Below are positions 1 to 8,592 of a stretch of 32,285 nucleotides of DNA, in pieces. The translations under genes were made by a program, and so were the position numbers. The stretch is from a virus (taxonomy: Duplodnaviria; Heunggongvirae; Uroviricota; Caudoviricetes): the IMG/VR virus record IMGVR_UViG_2728369188_000005; one strand, 5' to 3'. Position 1 is the first letter of the stretch. Every line of letters starts with the position of its first letter. The notes beneath the pieces were generated by a model. That model was not told the DNA's origin and ran no database searches. It saw only the letters and a program-made list of their open reading frames with translations.

Positions 1-1857
1 ATGGCATTTAAACACTATGATGTTGTCAGGGCGGCGTCGCCGTCAGATCTTGCGGAAAAGCTGACACATAAACTGAAAGAGGGCTGGCAGCCGTTTGGTA
101 GTCCGGTGGCCATAACCCCTTATACCCTGATGCAGGCGATTGCAGCAGAAGGTGATGTGGTCGTCAGTGGTGCAACTGAGCCGGAGTGGTACTACGTCAT
201 CGTACTGGCCGGGCAATCCAATGCCATGGCTTACGGTGAAGGGCTTCCGCTTCCGGATTCTTACGATGCGCCCCACCCACGCATTAAGCAACTGGCCCGT
301 CGCAACACAGTGACTCCCGGTGGTAAAGCATGCGCATTTAACGACATCATTCCGGCAGACCACTGCCTGCATGATGTTCAGGATATGAGCGCACTGAATC
401 ATCCGAAGGCAGACCTGAGCAAAGGGCAGTACGGCTGTGTCGGCCAGGGCTTACATATTGCCAAAAAACTGCTTCCGTATATCCCGAATAACGCGGGGAT
501 CCTGCTGGTACCATGCTGTCGTGGTGGTTCGGCATTCACCCAGGGCGCGGAGGGGACATTCAGTGCGGACACGGGGGCCAGCCAGGATTCGGCACGCTGG
601 GGTGTGGGTAAACCGTTATATCAGGACCTGATCGCACGCACCAAAGCGGCATTACAGAGGAACCCGAAAAATGTGTTGCTGGCGGTGTGCTGGATGCAGG
701 GCGAATTTGACATGAGCGCTGCCACCTACGCACAGCAACCGGACCTGTTCACGGCCATGCTGAAGCAGTTCCGTACTGACCTTTCCGGATTTAACGCGCA
801 GTGCCATGGCGGCAGTGCTGCAGTTGTACCGTGGATTTGTGGCGACACGACGTATTACTGGAAAAACACATACGGCACACAGTATGACTCCGTCTACGGC
901 GCGTACAAAAACAGGGAGAGCGACAACGTTTTCTTTGTGCCGTTCATGACCGACGGTAACGGCAACAACACGCCCACCAACTTACCGGCAGAAGACCCGG
1001 ATATTGCTGATGCAGGTTATTACGGCGCGCAATCCCGTAGTAATGGTAATTGGGTATCATCAAATCGCCCGACGCATTTCAGCTCATGGGCGCGTCGTGG
1101 CATTATTCCCGATCGTATGGCAACTGCTATTCTGAACGTAGCCGGTCGCACCTTAGCCTTCATTAGTGGTAAGGCACCGGAAATCAAACCCTCGCCCGGC
1201 GGCGACACTCCATCGGGGCCGTCTGATGGTGACACATCCGTTCGTACAGTCTCCCTGCTGCCGACAGCCGGAGAGGCTGCTGCGCAGGGCTGGACCATCA
1301 CCGGCGGCAGTGTTGCGCTGGAAGATGGTGTGTTTAAGGTTACCAAGCAGAGCAATAAAACCTGGTCCCTGATGCATCCGGTGGATGACGCAGTCTCCCT
1401 GCTGACACGGGGTGGCAGACTGAGCTGTAAGTTTCGACTGTCAGGCGCACTGACCAACAACCAGTTCGGTCTGGGAATTTATCTGTATACCGATGTAGCG
1501 TTACCTGACGTCGTGGCGATGACCGGGACTGGTAACCCGTTCCTGATGTCGTTCTTCACCCAGACCACAGACGGCAAACTGAATCTGATGCATCACAGGA
1601 AAGCAGGAAACACAAAGTTGGGCGAGTTCGGGAATTACAGTAACGACTGGCAGACGCTGGAGCTGGTGTTCACCGCCGGCAGTGCCACGGTTACTCCGAA
1701 ACTGAATGGAGTGGCTGGCCCGGCATTCCAGGTCATAAAAGACAGTCTGACACTGGGGCTGAATGCGCTGACGCTGACGGATATTACCAAAAATGCAGCG
1801 TATGGCGTTGAGATAGAAAGTCTGGTGCTGGAGATAAATGCACCGGCATCATCATAA
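1..1857 (+). CDS. nanS-p: NanS-p-like 9-O-acetyl-N-acetylneuraminate esterase (SGNH/SASA-type sialate O-acetylesterase), 618 aa
   Basis: 618-aa ORF whose N-terminus (MAFKHYDVVRAASPSDLAEKL...) and GQSN esterase motif (VIVLAGQSNAMAYGEG) match, from memory, the prophage esterase found downstream of stx in Stx phages. Its position immediately upstream of the lysis cassette fits that layout. The ATG is at window position 1, so the start cannot be checked against upstream sequence. Confidence 0.75.
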   Translation: MAFKHYDVVRAASPSDLAEKLTHKLKEGWQPFGSPVAITPYTLMQAIAAEGDVVVSGATEPEWYYVIVLAGQSNAMAYGEGLPLPDSYDAPHPRIKQLARRNTVTPGGKACAFNDIIPADHCLHDVQDMSALNHPKADLSKGQYGCVGQGLHIAKKLLPYIPNNAGILLVPCCRGGSAFTQGAEGTFSADTGASQDSARWGVGKPLYQDLIARTKAALQRNPKNVLLAVCWMQGEFDMSAATYAQQPDLFTAMLKQFRTDLSGFNAQCHGGSAAVVPWICGDTTYYWKNTYGTQYDSVYGAYKNRESDNVFFVPFMTDGNGNNTPTNLPAEDPDIADAGYYGAQSRSNGNWVSSNRPTHFSSWARRGIIPDRMATAILNVAGRTLAFISGKAPEIKPSPGGDTPSGPSDGDTSVRTVSLLPTAGEAAAQGWTITGGSVALEDGVFKVTKQSNKTWSLMHPVDDAVSLLTRGGRLSCKFRLSGALTNNQFGLGIYLYTDVALPDVVAMTGTGNPFLMSFFTQTTDGKLNLMHHRKAGNTKLGEFGNYSNDWQTLELVFTAGSATVTPKLNGVAGPAFQVIKDSLTLGLNALTLTDITKNAAYGVEIESLVLEINAPASS

Positions 1858-2007
1858 AAAGTGAGCCAGTCAAATGGAAGGTATCGTTAAACTCACCGGT
1901 AGTGTCAGTGGGTCGTCTGAGATGCCTGCATGAGTTATCAGAGCCATCAGTACTTAACTGGTGGCTTTTTTTATTGTTGTCAGCTTCCGGATAACGGGAG
2001 ACGGGGT

Positions 2008-2223
2008 ATGTACCAGATGGAAAAAATCACAACAGGTGTGTCATACACCACGTCAGCGGTGGGAACGGGCTACTGGTTCCTGCAGTTGCTGGACAGGGTT
2101 TCCCCGTCTCAGTGGGCGGCAATAGGCGTGCTGGGGAGTCTGCTGTTTGGGTTGCTGACATATCTGACTAACCTGTATTTCAAAATCAGAGAGGACCGTC
2201 GTAAGGCGGCGCGGGGAGAGTAA
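2008..2223 (+). CDS. S: Class II holin (pinholin, phage 21 S-like), 71 aa
   Basis: [71 protein letters not shown] closely matches the S21/933W pinholin as I recall it, with two TM segments and a charged C-terminus. The six-frame ORF begins at 1930, but the upstream extension overlaps a hairpin and has no homology; ATG 2008 gives the canonical dual-start MYQM. Confidence 0.85.
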   Translation: MYQMEKITTGVSYTTSAVGTGYWFLQLLDRVSPSQWAAIGVLGSLLFGLLTYLTNLYFKIREDRRKAARGE

Positions 2224-2227
2224 AGCG

Positions 2228-2572
2228 ATGAAGAAAAAATACGAACTGGTTGTTAAAGGGATAAATAATTACCCGAATAAGATTACTGTTACTGTGGCAC
2301 TGGAAATTGGTGGGTATCCGTCACTGTTGTTGCCAGATGTGGCGATTAGTCTTGACCGTACTGAAGATGCCACGCTGGAGTTTTACGAAGCTGAGGCGAA
2401 AAAGCAGGCGAAGCAGTTTTTCATGGATGTTGCTGCCGGGTTATGTGAAGGGGATGGTCCGTTGCCGGAAAAGCGCCCCGTAATTTTAGAGGCGCAGGAT
2501 GTGTTGATAACCTACAGAGGAAAACTACCGGGAATAATTACTGGTTCTCTGAAGACTCCACCGCTGGCCTGA
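2228..2572 (+). CDS. Hypothetical soluble protein, 114 aa, inserted between holin and endolysin
   Basis: Intact ORF with a GGGGAGAG Shine-Dalgarno 8 nt upstream, starting 4 nt after the holin stop. No TM segment or signal peptide; I do not recognise the fold. Some lambdoid prophages carry an uncharacterised gene at this position (ydfR in the K-12 Qin prophage, recalled from memory). Confidence 0.6.
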   Translation: MKKKYELVVKGINNYPNKITVTVALEIGGYPSLLLPDVAISLDRTEDATLEFYEAEAKKQAKQFFMDVAAGLCEGDGPLPEKRPVILEAQDVLITYRGKLPGIITGSLKTPPLA

Positions 2573-2622
2573 AGACTTAACATATCCAGGGATTTGAAAT
2601 CGATAAACCCTGATAAATATCC

Positions 2623-3156
2623 ATGAACACCAAAATCAAATACGGCCTGTCGGCTGCCGTTCTGGCGCTGATTGCCGCAGGTGCGCCTGCGCCTGAAATC
2701 CTCGACCAGTTTCTGGATGAAAAGGAAGGTAACCACACCACGGCATACCGTGATGGCGCGGGTATCTGGACCATCTGCCGCGGTGCCATCCTGGTGGATG
2801 GCAAACCTGTCGTTCCGGGCATGAAGTTGTCGAAGGAAAAATGCGACCGGGTTAACGCCATTGAGCGTGATAAGGCGCTGGCATGGGTGGAGAAAAACAT
2901 CAGAGTGCCATTGAGTGAACCCCAGAAAGCGGGGATCGCGTCATTCTGTCCGTACAACATTGGCCCCGGTAAGTGTTTTCCGTCGACGTTTTATAAACGA
3001 ATTAATGCAGGTGATCGCAGGGGAGCGTGTGAGGCGATTCGCTGGTGGATTAAGGACGGTGGCAGAGACTGCCGTATTCGCTCAAATAACTGTTACGGTC
3101 AGGTATCCCGTCGTGACCAGGAGAGCGCGCTGGCGTGCTGGGGAATCGACAGATAA
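2623..3156 (+). CDS. R: SAR endolysin (signal-arrest-release lysozyme, GH24, phage 21 R-like), 177 aa
   Basis: N-terminal weakly hydrophobic Gly/Ala-rich segment (YGLSAAVLALIAAGAPAPEIL) typical of a SAR domain, followed by a T4-lysozyme-like catalytic region (EGNHTTAYRDGAGIWTICRG). Paired with a pinholin as in phage 21. Confidence 0.9.
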   Translation: MNTKIKYGLSAAVLALIAAGAPAPEILDQFLDEKEGNHTTAYRDGAGIWTICRGAILVDGKPVVPGMKLSKEKCDRVNAIERDKALAWVEKNIRVPLSEPQKAGIASFCPYNIGPGKCFPSTFYKRINAGDRRGACEAIRWWIKDGGRDCRIRSNNCYGQVSRRDQESALACWGIDR

Positions 3157-3246
3157 GCAGAATATTTTGCTAATCAATGACGTTGGCCAAGGCGGACGGA
3201 TAACACGAAATCCTGCGAACTGGCAAAATGTAAGTGAATAAAAGTA

Positions 3247-3285
3247 AAAACCCCGTTTGTTGGCTGCAAGCGGGGTTTTGTGTTT
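3247..3285. terminator. Hairpin with flanking A/T runs after R (intrinsic-terminator-like, either strand)
   Basis: AAAACCCCG(3247-3255) pairs with CGGGGTTTT(3271-3279) across a partly pairable 15-nt loop, followed by GTGTTTCC. An A run precedes it, so it could terminate on either strand. Confidence 0.45.
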
Positions 3286-3354
3286 CCTGACTCTGGAAAA
3301 GTCAAAGGAGAAAGTGTGTTTGATTTTAGCAAACTGATTCGGGAGATTCGAGTG

Positions 3355-3453
3355 ATGGCTGAAAAATTATCCACCTGGAAGTTCATTCTTATCTGGCTGG
3401 TGTTTGTGATTATGGCCTCCGGTTATTTCATCGGTCAGATACGCTGGTGGTGA
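3355..3453 (+). CDS. Candidate 32-aa hydrophobic peptide (MAEKLSTWKFILIWLVFVIMASGYFIGQIRWW)
   Basis: ATG 3355 is preceded by GGGAG (3341-3345). It encodes one predicted TM helix and stops at TGA 3451-3453, one nt before the Rz ATG (3455). Below the 60-aa ORF-track cutoff; found by manual reading. Confidence 0.3.
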   Translation: MAEKLSTWKFILIWLVFVIMASGYFIGQIRWW

Positions 3454-3454
3454 A

Positions 3455-3922
3455 ATGAACCGCGTACTGTGCGTGGTCATCATTGCCCTGCTGGTGGCCT
3501 GTGGTGCGCTTAGTCTGGGGCTGAATCATTACCGTGATAACGCCATAACCTACAAAGAGCAGCGCGATAAAAAAGTCAGTGAGCTGGAGCAGGCAAATGC
3601 AACCATTACTGATATGCAGCAGCGCCAGCGTGATGTTGCTGCACTTGATGCCAGATACTCGAGGGAATTAGCCGATGCGAGAGCTGAAAATGAAACTCTG
3701 CGCGCTGACGTTGCCGCTGGTCGTAAGCGCCTGCGGATCAACGCCACCTGCCCCGGTACCGTGCGTGAAGCCCCCACCACCTCCGGCGTGGATAATGCAA
3801 CCGGCCCCCGACTGGCAGACACCGCTGAACGGGATTATTTCACTCTCAGAGAGCGGTTGATGCTGATGCAGAAGCAGCTGGAAGTGGCGCAGGAATATAT
3901 CCGCACTCAGTGCCTGAAATAA
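3455..3922 (+). CDS. Rz: Rz i-spanin (inner-membrane spanin subunit), 155 aa
   Basis: N-terminal TM segment (VLCVVIIALLVACGAL), then a coiled-coil periplasmic domain; collinear with lambda Rz and contains the embedded Rz1 frame. Confidence 0.9.
   Translation: MNRVLCVVIIALLVACGALSLGLNHYRDNAITYKEQRDKKVSELEQANATITDMQQRQRDVAALDARYSRELADARAENETLRADVAAGRKRLRINATCPGTVREAPTTSGVDNATGPRLADTAERDYFTLRERLMLMQKQLEVAQEYIRTQCLK
3675..3860 (+). CDS. Rz1: Rz1 o-spanin (outer-membrane lipoprotein) embedded in the +1 frame of Rz, about 56-61 aa
   Basis: MRELKMKLCALTLPLVVSACGS has a lipobox (VVSAC) and is followed by the proline-rich PPPPPAWIMQPAPDWQTPLNGI motif typical of lambda Rz1. GAGGGA 8 nt upstream of ATG 3675; alternative start at ATG 3690. 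Confidence 0.85.
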   Translation: MRELKMKLCALTLPLVVSACGSTPPAPVPCVKPPPPPAWIMQPAPDWQTPLNGIISLSESG

Positions 3923-4175
3923 GTTTTGCTGATGCGCGGTATTGTCGCCGTATCCCCGCATTAACAGAGACCGCAGCCCGACCGGGAGACTCCTCTGCGC
4001 GAGTGTGCGGGGATAATCAAAAACGATACACACCGGGGTTTACCGCGTTAACGGAGCGCGGCGTTGTCCCCTCATAGTCGCCTGTCCGGTGCGATGGTGG
4101 AAGAAACCGGACTACATTGAAAATGATAACCATTATCATTTTTGCGGGTCCTTTCCGGCGATCCGGGCCGTTACG

Positions 4176-4187
4176 GGGCGGCGACCT
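4176..4187 (+). other. cos: cosN (12-nt cohesive-end site, GGGCGGCGACCT)
   Basis: An exact GGGCGGCGACCT lies within ...CGTTACGGGGCGGCGACCTCGCGGTTTTTCACTATTTATGAAAATTTTTCAGG, which matches the lambda cos junction as I recall it, about 180 bp upstream of Nu1 as in lambda. Confidence 0.8.
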
Positions 4188-4199
4188 CGCGGTTTTTCA

Positions 4200-4345
4200 C
4201 TATTTATGAAAATTTTTCAGGGAAAATCGTGTCGGTACTTCTCGAATATAACTTTTTGTTTTTCTTTAATATTGCATCCGTAAAGGTCCGACATGAAAGT
4301 GTCCGAAAATGCCTTTTTCTGGCGTTTTCATGTCGGGCCTTGTAT
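4200..4345 (+). promoter_or_regulatory. cosB region (terminase small-subunit binding elements)
   Basis: Between cosN and Nu1. Contains the inverted pair CCGACATGAAA (4288-4298) and TTTCATGTCGG (4326-4336), consistent with oppositely oriented Nu1 R-elements, in an A/T-rich bendable context. Confidence 0.5.
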
Positions 4346-4364
4346 TTGATAATGGGTTGTTTTC

Positions 4365-4913
4365 ATGAAGGTTAATAAAAAGAGGCTTGCCGAAATTTTC
4401 AACGTGGACCCGCGGACGATTGAACGCTGGCAGTCTCAGGGACTCCCTTGCGCCTCCAAAGGTAGTAAGGGCATTGAATCTGTATTTGATACTGCCATGG
4501 CAATTCAGTGGTATGCGCAGAGGGAAACTGATATCGAAAACGAAAAGCTCCGCAAAGAACTGGACGATTTGCGTGCGGCAGCGGAGTCAGATTTACAACC
4601 CGGCACCATTGACTATGAACGCTACCGGCTCACAAAAGCGCAGGCAGATGCGCAGGAACTGAAAAATGCCCGTGAAGACGGAGTAGTGCTGGAAACTGAA
4701 CTGTTTACCTTCATTCTACAACGTGTGGCACAGGAGATTTCGGGGATACTTGTGCGTGTGCCGTTGACATTACAGCGTAAATATCCGGACATTTCACCAT
4801 CACACCTTGATGTGGTGAAAACTGAAATCGCGAAAGCCTCCAATGTTTCAGCTAAGGCCGGTGAAAACGTGGGCGGGTGGATCGATGATTTCAGACGCGC
4901 AGAAGGCAGCTAA
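4365..4913 (+). CDS. Nu1: Terminase small subunit gpNu1, 182 aa
   Basis: [28 protein letters not shown]... is collinear with lambda Nu1 (N-terminal winged-HTH DNA-binding domain); located right after cos. Confidence 0.95.
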   Translation: MKVNKKRLAEIFNVDPRTIERWQSQGLPCASKGSKGIESVFDTAMAIQWYAQRETDIENEKLRKELDDLRAAAESDLQPGTIDYERYRLTKAQADAQELKNAREDGVVLETELFTFILQRVAQEISGILVRVPLTLQRKYPDISPSHLDVVKTEIAKASNVSAKAGENVGGWIDDFRRAEGS

Positions 4914-6813
4914 TGCAGCCGGTGCGATAGCTACAGGGCTTTTATCTCTCATTATTCCTGTTCCACTGACGACAGTTCAGTGGGCCAATAAACATTATTA
5001 CCTTCCTAAAGAGTCGTCTTATACCCCGGGGCGGTGGGAAACACTGCCGTTTCAGGTTGGCATCATGAACTGTATGGGCAACGATCTGATTCGCACGGTT
5101 AACCTGATTAAATCTGCCCGTGTTGGTTATACAAAGATGTTGCTGGGAGTGGAGGCTTATTTTATTGAGCATAAATCACGCAACAGCCTTCTTTTTCAGC
5201 CCACGGACTCAGCTGCTGAAGATTTTATGAAATCTCATGTTGAGCCAACGATAAGGGATGTTCCTGCATTGCTGGAGCTGGCTCCATGGTTCGGAAGAAA
5301 ACACCGCGATAATACGCTCACCCTGAAGCGTTTTTCCTCCGGTGTGGGCTTCTGGTGCCTGGGTGGTGCGGCAGCAAAAAACTACCGTGAAAAATCCGTG
5401 GACGTGGTCTGCTATGACGAACTTTCCTCGTTCGAGCCGGATGTCGAAAAAGAGGGCTCGCCAACCCTGCTGGGGGATAAGCGTATTGAGGGCTCGGTAT
5501 GGCCAAAATCCATTCGCGGCTCGACGCCTAAAATAAAAGGCTCCTGCCAGATCGAAAAAGCGGCCAACGAGTCGGCGCATTTCATGCGTTTTTATGTGCC
5601 CTGCCCGCACTGTGGGGAGGCGCAGTATCTGAAATTTGGCGATGAGTCCACGCCTTTTGGCCTTAAATGGGAGAAGGACAGCCCCGAAAGCGTTTTCTAC
5701 CTTTGTGAACATCATGGCTGCGTGATCCATCAGTCTGAGCTTGACCAGAGCAACGGGCGGTGGATCTGCGAAAACACGGGGATGTGGACCCGCGACGGTC
5801 TGACGTTTTTCAGCGCCGCGGATAATGAAATTCCGCCGCCGCGCTCCATCACGTTCCATATCTGGACGGCGTACAGTCCGTTCACCACCTGGGTACAGAT
5901 AGTCTATGACTGGCTGGATGCACTGAAAGATCCCAACGGCCTGAAAACCTTTGTGAACACCACGCTGGGCGAGACCTGGGAAGAGGCCGTGGGCGAAAAA
6001 CTCGATCACCAGGTACTGATGGATAAGGTCGTGCATTACACGGCGGCGGTGCCAGCCCGGGTGGTTTATCTGACGGCGGGCATTGACTCGCAGCGAAACC
6101 GTTTTGAGATGTATGTCTGGGGATGGGCACCGGGAGAGGAAGCTTTTCTGGTGGATAAAATCATCATTATGGGCCGTCCCGATGAGGAAGAGACGCTGTT
6201 ACGTGTGGATGCGGCGATCAACAAAAAATACTGCCATGCAGACGGAACCGAAATGACCATTTCCCGTGTCTGCTGGGACACCGGGGGGATCGATGGTGAA
6301 ATTGTCTATCAGAGGTCAAAAAAACACGGTGTTTTCCGGGTGCTGCCGGTAAAAGGCGCATCTGTCTATGGCAAGCCGGTGATCACCATGCCGAAAACCC
6401 GCAATCAGCGGGGCGTGTATCTGTGTGAAGTGGGGACGGACACCGCAAAAGAAATTCTCTATGCCCGTATGAAAGCCGATCCCACGCCTGCGGATGAAGC
6501 CACGTCGTATGCCATCCGTTTTCCTGATGATCCGGAGATTTTTTCGCAGACAGAGGCGCAGCAACTGGTCGCGGAAGAGCTTGTGGAGAAGTGGGAAAAA
6601 GGAAAGATGCGTCTGCTGTGGGATAACAAAAAGCGGCGTAACGAAGCGCTGGACTGCCTGGTGTATGCCTATGCGGCATTACGTGTGTCCGTGCAACGCT
6701 GGCAGCTTGATCTGGCTGTACTGGCAAAATCCCGGGAAGAAGAGACGACCCGGCCAACCCTTAAAGAACTGGCAGCGAAGCTGTCCGGAGGAGTGAATGG
6801 TTACAGTCGCTGA
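4885..6813 (+). CDS. A: Terminase large subunit gpA, about 642 aa
   Basis: Collinear with lambda gpA throughout (WETLPFQ..., KSARVGY..., ATPase and nuclease regions). Start chosen at ATG 4885 (MISDAQ...), which overlaps the Nu1 3-prime end as in lambda; the ORF track's upstream ATG at 4843 would add 14 aa. Confidence 0.9.
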   Translation: MISDAQKAANAAGAIATGLLSLIIPVPLTTVQWANKHYYLPKESSYTPGRWETLPFQVGIMNCMGNDLIRTVNLIKSARVGYTKMLLGVEAYFIEHKSRNSLLFQPTDSAAEDFMKSHVEPTIRDVPALLELAPWFGRKHRDNTLTLKRFSSGVGFWCLGGAAAKNYREKSVDVVCYDELSSFEPDVEKEGSPTLLGDKRIEGSVWPKSIRGSTPKIKGSCQIEKAANESAHFMRFYVPCPHCGEAQYLKFGDESTPFGLKWEKDSPESVFYLCEHHGCVIHQSELDQSNGRWICENTGMWTRDGLTFFSAADNEIPPPRSITFHIWTAYSPFTTWVQIVYDWLDALKDPNGLKTFVNTTLGETWEEAVGEKLDHQVLMDKVVHYTAAVPARVVYLTAGIDSQRNRFEMYVWGWAPGEEAFLVDKIIIMGRPDEEETLLRVDAAINKKYCHADGTEMTISRVCWDTGGIDGEIVYQRSKKHGVFRVLPVKGASVYGKPVITMPKTRNQRGVYLCEVGTDTAKEILYARMKADPTPADEATSYAIRFPDDPEIFSQTEAQQLVAEELVEKWEKGKMRLLWDNKKRRNEALDCLVYAYAALRVSVQRWQLDLAVLAKSREEETTRPTLKELAAKLSGGVNGYSR

Positions 6814-7003
6814 ACTACAGGCGCTGCGTCAGGCGCGCCTTGATTTATTAACCGGTAAACGGGTGGTGTCTGTCCAGAAAGATGGTCGCAGAATTGAATA
6901 TACGGCGGCTTCTCTGGATGAGCTTAACCGGGCGATCAATGATGCGGAGTCGGTACTGGGGACAACCCGACGTCGCCGTCGTCCGCTGGGAGTGAGGTTA
7001 TGA
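6797..7003 (+). CDS. W: Head-tail joining protein gpW, 68 aa
   Basis: Same 68-aa length and the motif LTGKRVVSVQKDGRRIEYTAAS as lambda gpW; start overlaps the A 3-prime end. Confidence 0.9.
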   Translation: MVTVAELQALRQARLDLLTGKRVVSVQKDGRRIEYTAASLDELNRAINDAESVLGTTRRRRRPLGVRL

Positions 7004-8592
7004 AACGAACGCCTGTCCTGATTGATGTGAACGGCGTTCCGCTTCGTGAGAGTCTCAGCTACAACGGGGGCGGCGCAGGATTTGGCGGGCAAATGGCGGA
7101 GTGGTTGCCACCGGCGCAGAGTGCCGATGCGGCCCTGCTACCCGCGTTGCGTCTGGGGAATGCCCGGGCAGATGATCTGGTGCGCAATAACGGAATAGCG
7201 GCTAATGCGGTGGCTCTGCATAAGGATCACATTGTCGGGCATATGTTTCTGATCAGCTACCGTCCGAACTGGCGCTGGCTGGGGATGCGGGAGACCGCAG
7301 CAAAAAGCTTTGTCGATGAGGTGGAGGCGGCCTGGTCGGAATACGCCGAAGGGATGTTTGGTGAGATCGACGTGGAAGGAAAACGCACGTTCACGGAATT
7401 TATCCGTGAAGGTGTGGGCGTTCATGCGTTTAACGGCGAAATCTTTGTGCAGCCGGTCTGGGATACGGAAACCACGCAGTTATTCCGTACGCGTTTTAAA
7501 GCCGTGAGTCCGAAACGGGTGGACACGCCTGGACACGGTATGGGGAACCGTTTTCTGCGGGCCGGTGTGGAGGTCGATCGATATGGCCGTGCCGTCGCGT
7601 ACCATATTTGTGAGGACGATTTTCCGTTCTCTGGTAGTGGACGATGGGAACGGATCCCGCGTGAACTTCCCACCGGGCGTCCGGCCATGCTGCATATTTT
7701 CGAGCCGGTGGAGGACGGGCAGACCCGTGGGGCTAATCAGTTTTACAGCGTCATGGAACGGCTGAAGATGCTCGATTCCCTGCAGGCAACACAGCTTCAG
7801 TCGGCCATAGTGAAGGCGATGTATGCAGCGACGATTGAAAGTGAACTTGATACCGAAAAGGCCTTTGAATATATCGCCGGTGCGCCGCAGGGGCAGAAGG
7901 ATAATCCGCTTATTAATATTCTGGATAAGTTCTCCACCTGGTATGACACGAATCACGTGACGCTGGGCGGTGTCAAAATTCCGCACCTTTTCCCCGGTGA
8001 TGATCTGAAACTTCAGACCGCGCAGGATTCAGACAATGGATTTTCGGCGCTTGAACAGGCGCTGCTGCGGTATATCGCCGCCGGTCTTGGCGTTTCCTAC
8101 GAACAGTTGTCCCGTGATTACTCGAAGGTCAGTTATTCAAGTGCCCGCGCCTCCGCCAATGAGTCGTGGCGCTATTTTATGGGGCGGCGAAAATTTATTG
8201 CGTCCCGGCTGGCCACGCAGATGTTTTCCTGCTGGCTGGAAGAGGCACTTCTTCGGGGGATTATTCGTCCGCCACGGGCACGTTTTGATTTTTATCAGGC
8301 GCGATCAGCCTGGTCACGGGCTGAGTGGATTGGAGCCGGAAGAATGGCCATTGACGGGCTCAAGGAGGTTCAGGAATCAGTGATGCGCATTGAGGCCGGA
8401 CTGAGCACGTATGAGAAAGAGCTGGCGCTGATGGGCGAGGATTATCAGGACATTTTCCGCCAGCAGGTCAGGGAATCTGCAGAGCGGGAAAAAGCCGGAC
8501 TCTCACGTCCGGTGTGGATAGCGCAGGCGTATCAGCAGCAGATAGCGGAGAGTCGCAGGCCGGAAGAGGAGACAACACCACGTGAGACGTAA
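7000..8592 (+). CDS. B: Portal protein gpB, 530 aa
   Basis: Size and position (after W, before C) as lambda gpB (533 aa); ATGA start/stop overlap with W. Confidence 0.95.
   Translation: MKRTPVLIDVNGVPLRESLSYNGGGAGFGGQMAEWLPPAQSADAALLPALRLGNARADDLVRNNGIAANAVALHKDHIVGHMFLISYRPNWRWLGMRETAAKSFVDEVEAAWSEYAEGMFGEIDVEGKRTFTEFIREGVGVHAFNGEIFVQPVWDTETTQLFRTRFKAVSPKRVDTPGHGMGNRFLRAGVEVDRYGRAVAYHICEDDFPFSGSGRWERIPRELPTGRPAMLHIFEPVEDGQTRGANQFYSVMERLKMLDSLQATQLQSAIVKAMYAATIESELDTEKAFEYIAGAPQGQKDNPLINILDKFSTWYDTNHVTLGGVKIPHLFPGDDLKLQTAQDSDNGFSALEQALLRYIAAGLGVSYEQLSRDYSKVSYSSARASANESWRYFMGRRKFIASRLATQMFSCWLEEALLRGIIRPPRARFDFYQARSAWSRAEWIGAGRMAIDGLKEVQESVMRIEAGLSTYEKELALMGEDYQDIFRQQVRESAEREKAGLSRPVWIAQAYQQQIAESRRPEEETTPRET

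Noticed and set aside
1930-2007. Upstream extension of the holin ORF (start at 1930 instead of 2008)
   Set aside because: The extra 26 codons ([26 protein letters not shown]) overlap a hairpin and T run and have no counterpart in S21-type holins; MYQMEK at 2008 is the canonical dual-start motif.
4089-4375. ORFs of 64 and 77 aa across the cos region
   Set aside because: They lie over cosN and cosB, which must be non-coding for terminase recognition. Sequence is A/T-rich with Phe/Leu/Ile-rich translation and no start context.
5209-6036. 275-aa minus-strand ORF inside the terminase A gene
   Set aside because: Antisense to a well-conserved terminase reading frame; no homology or start context; shadow ORF.
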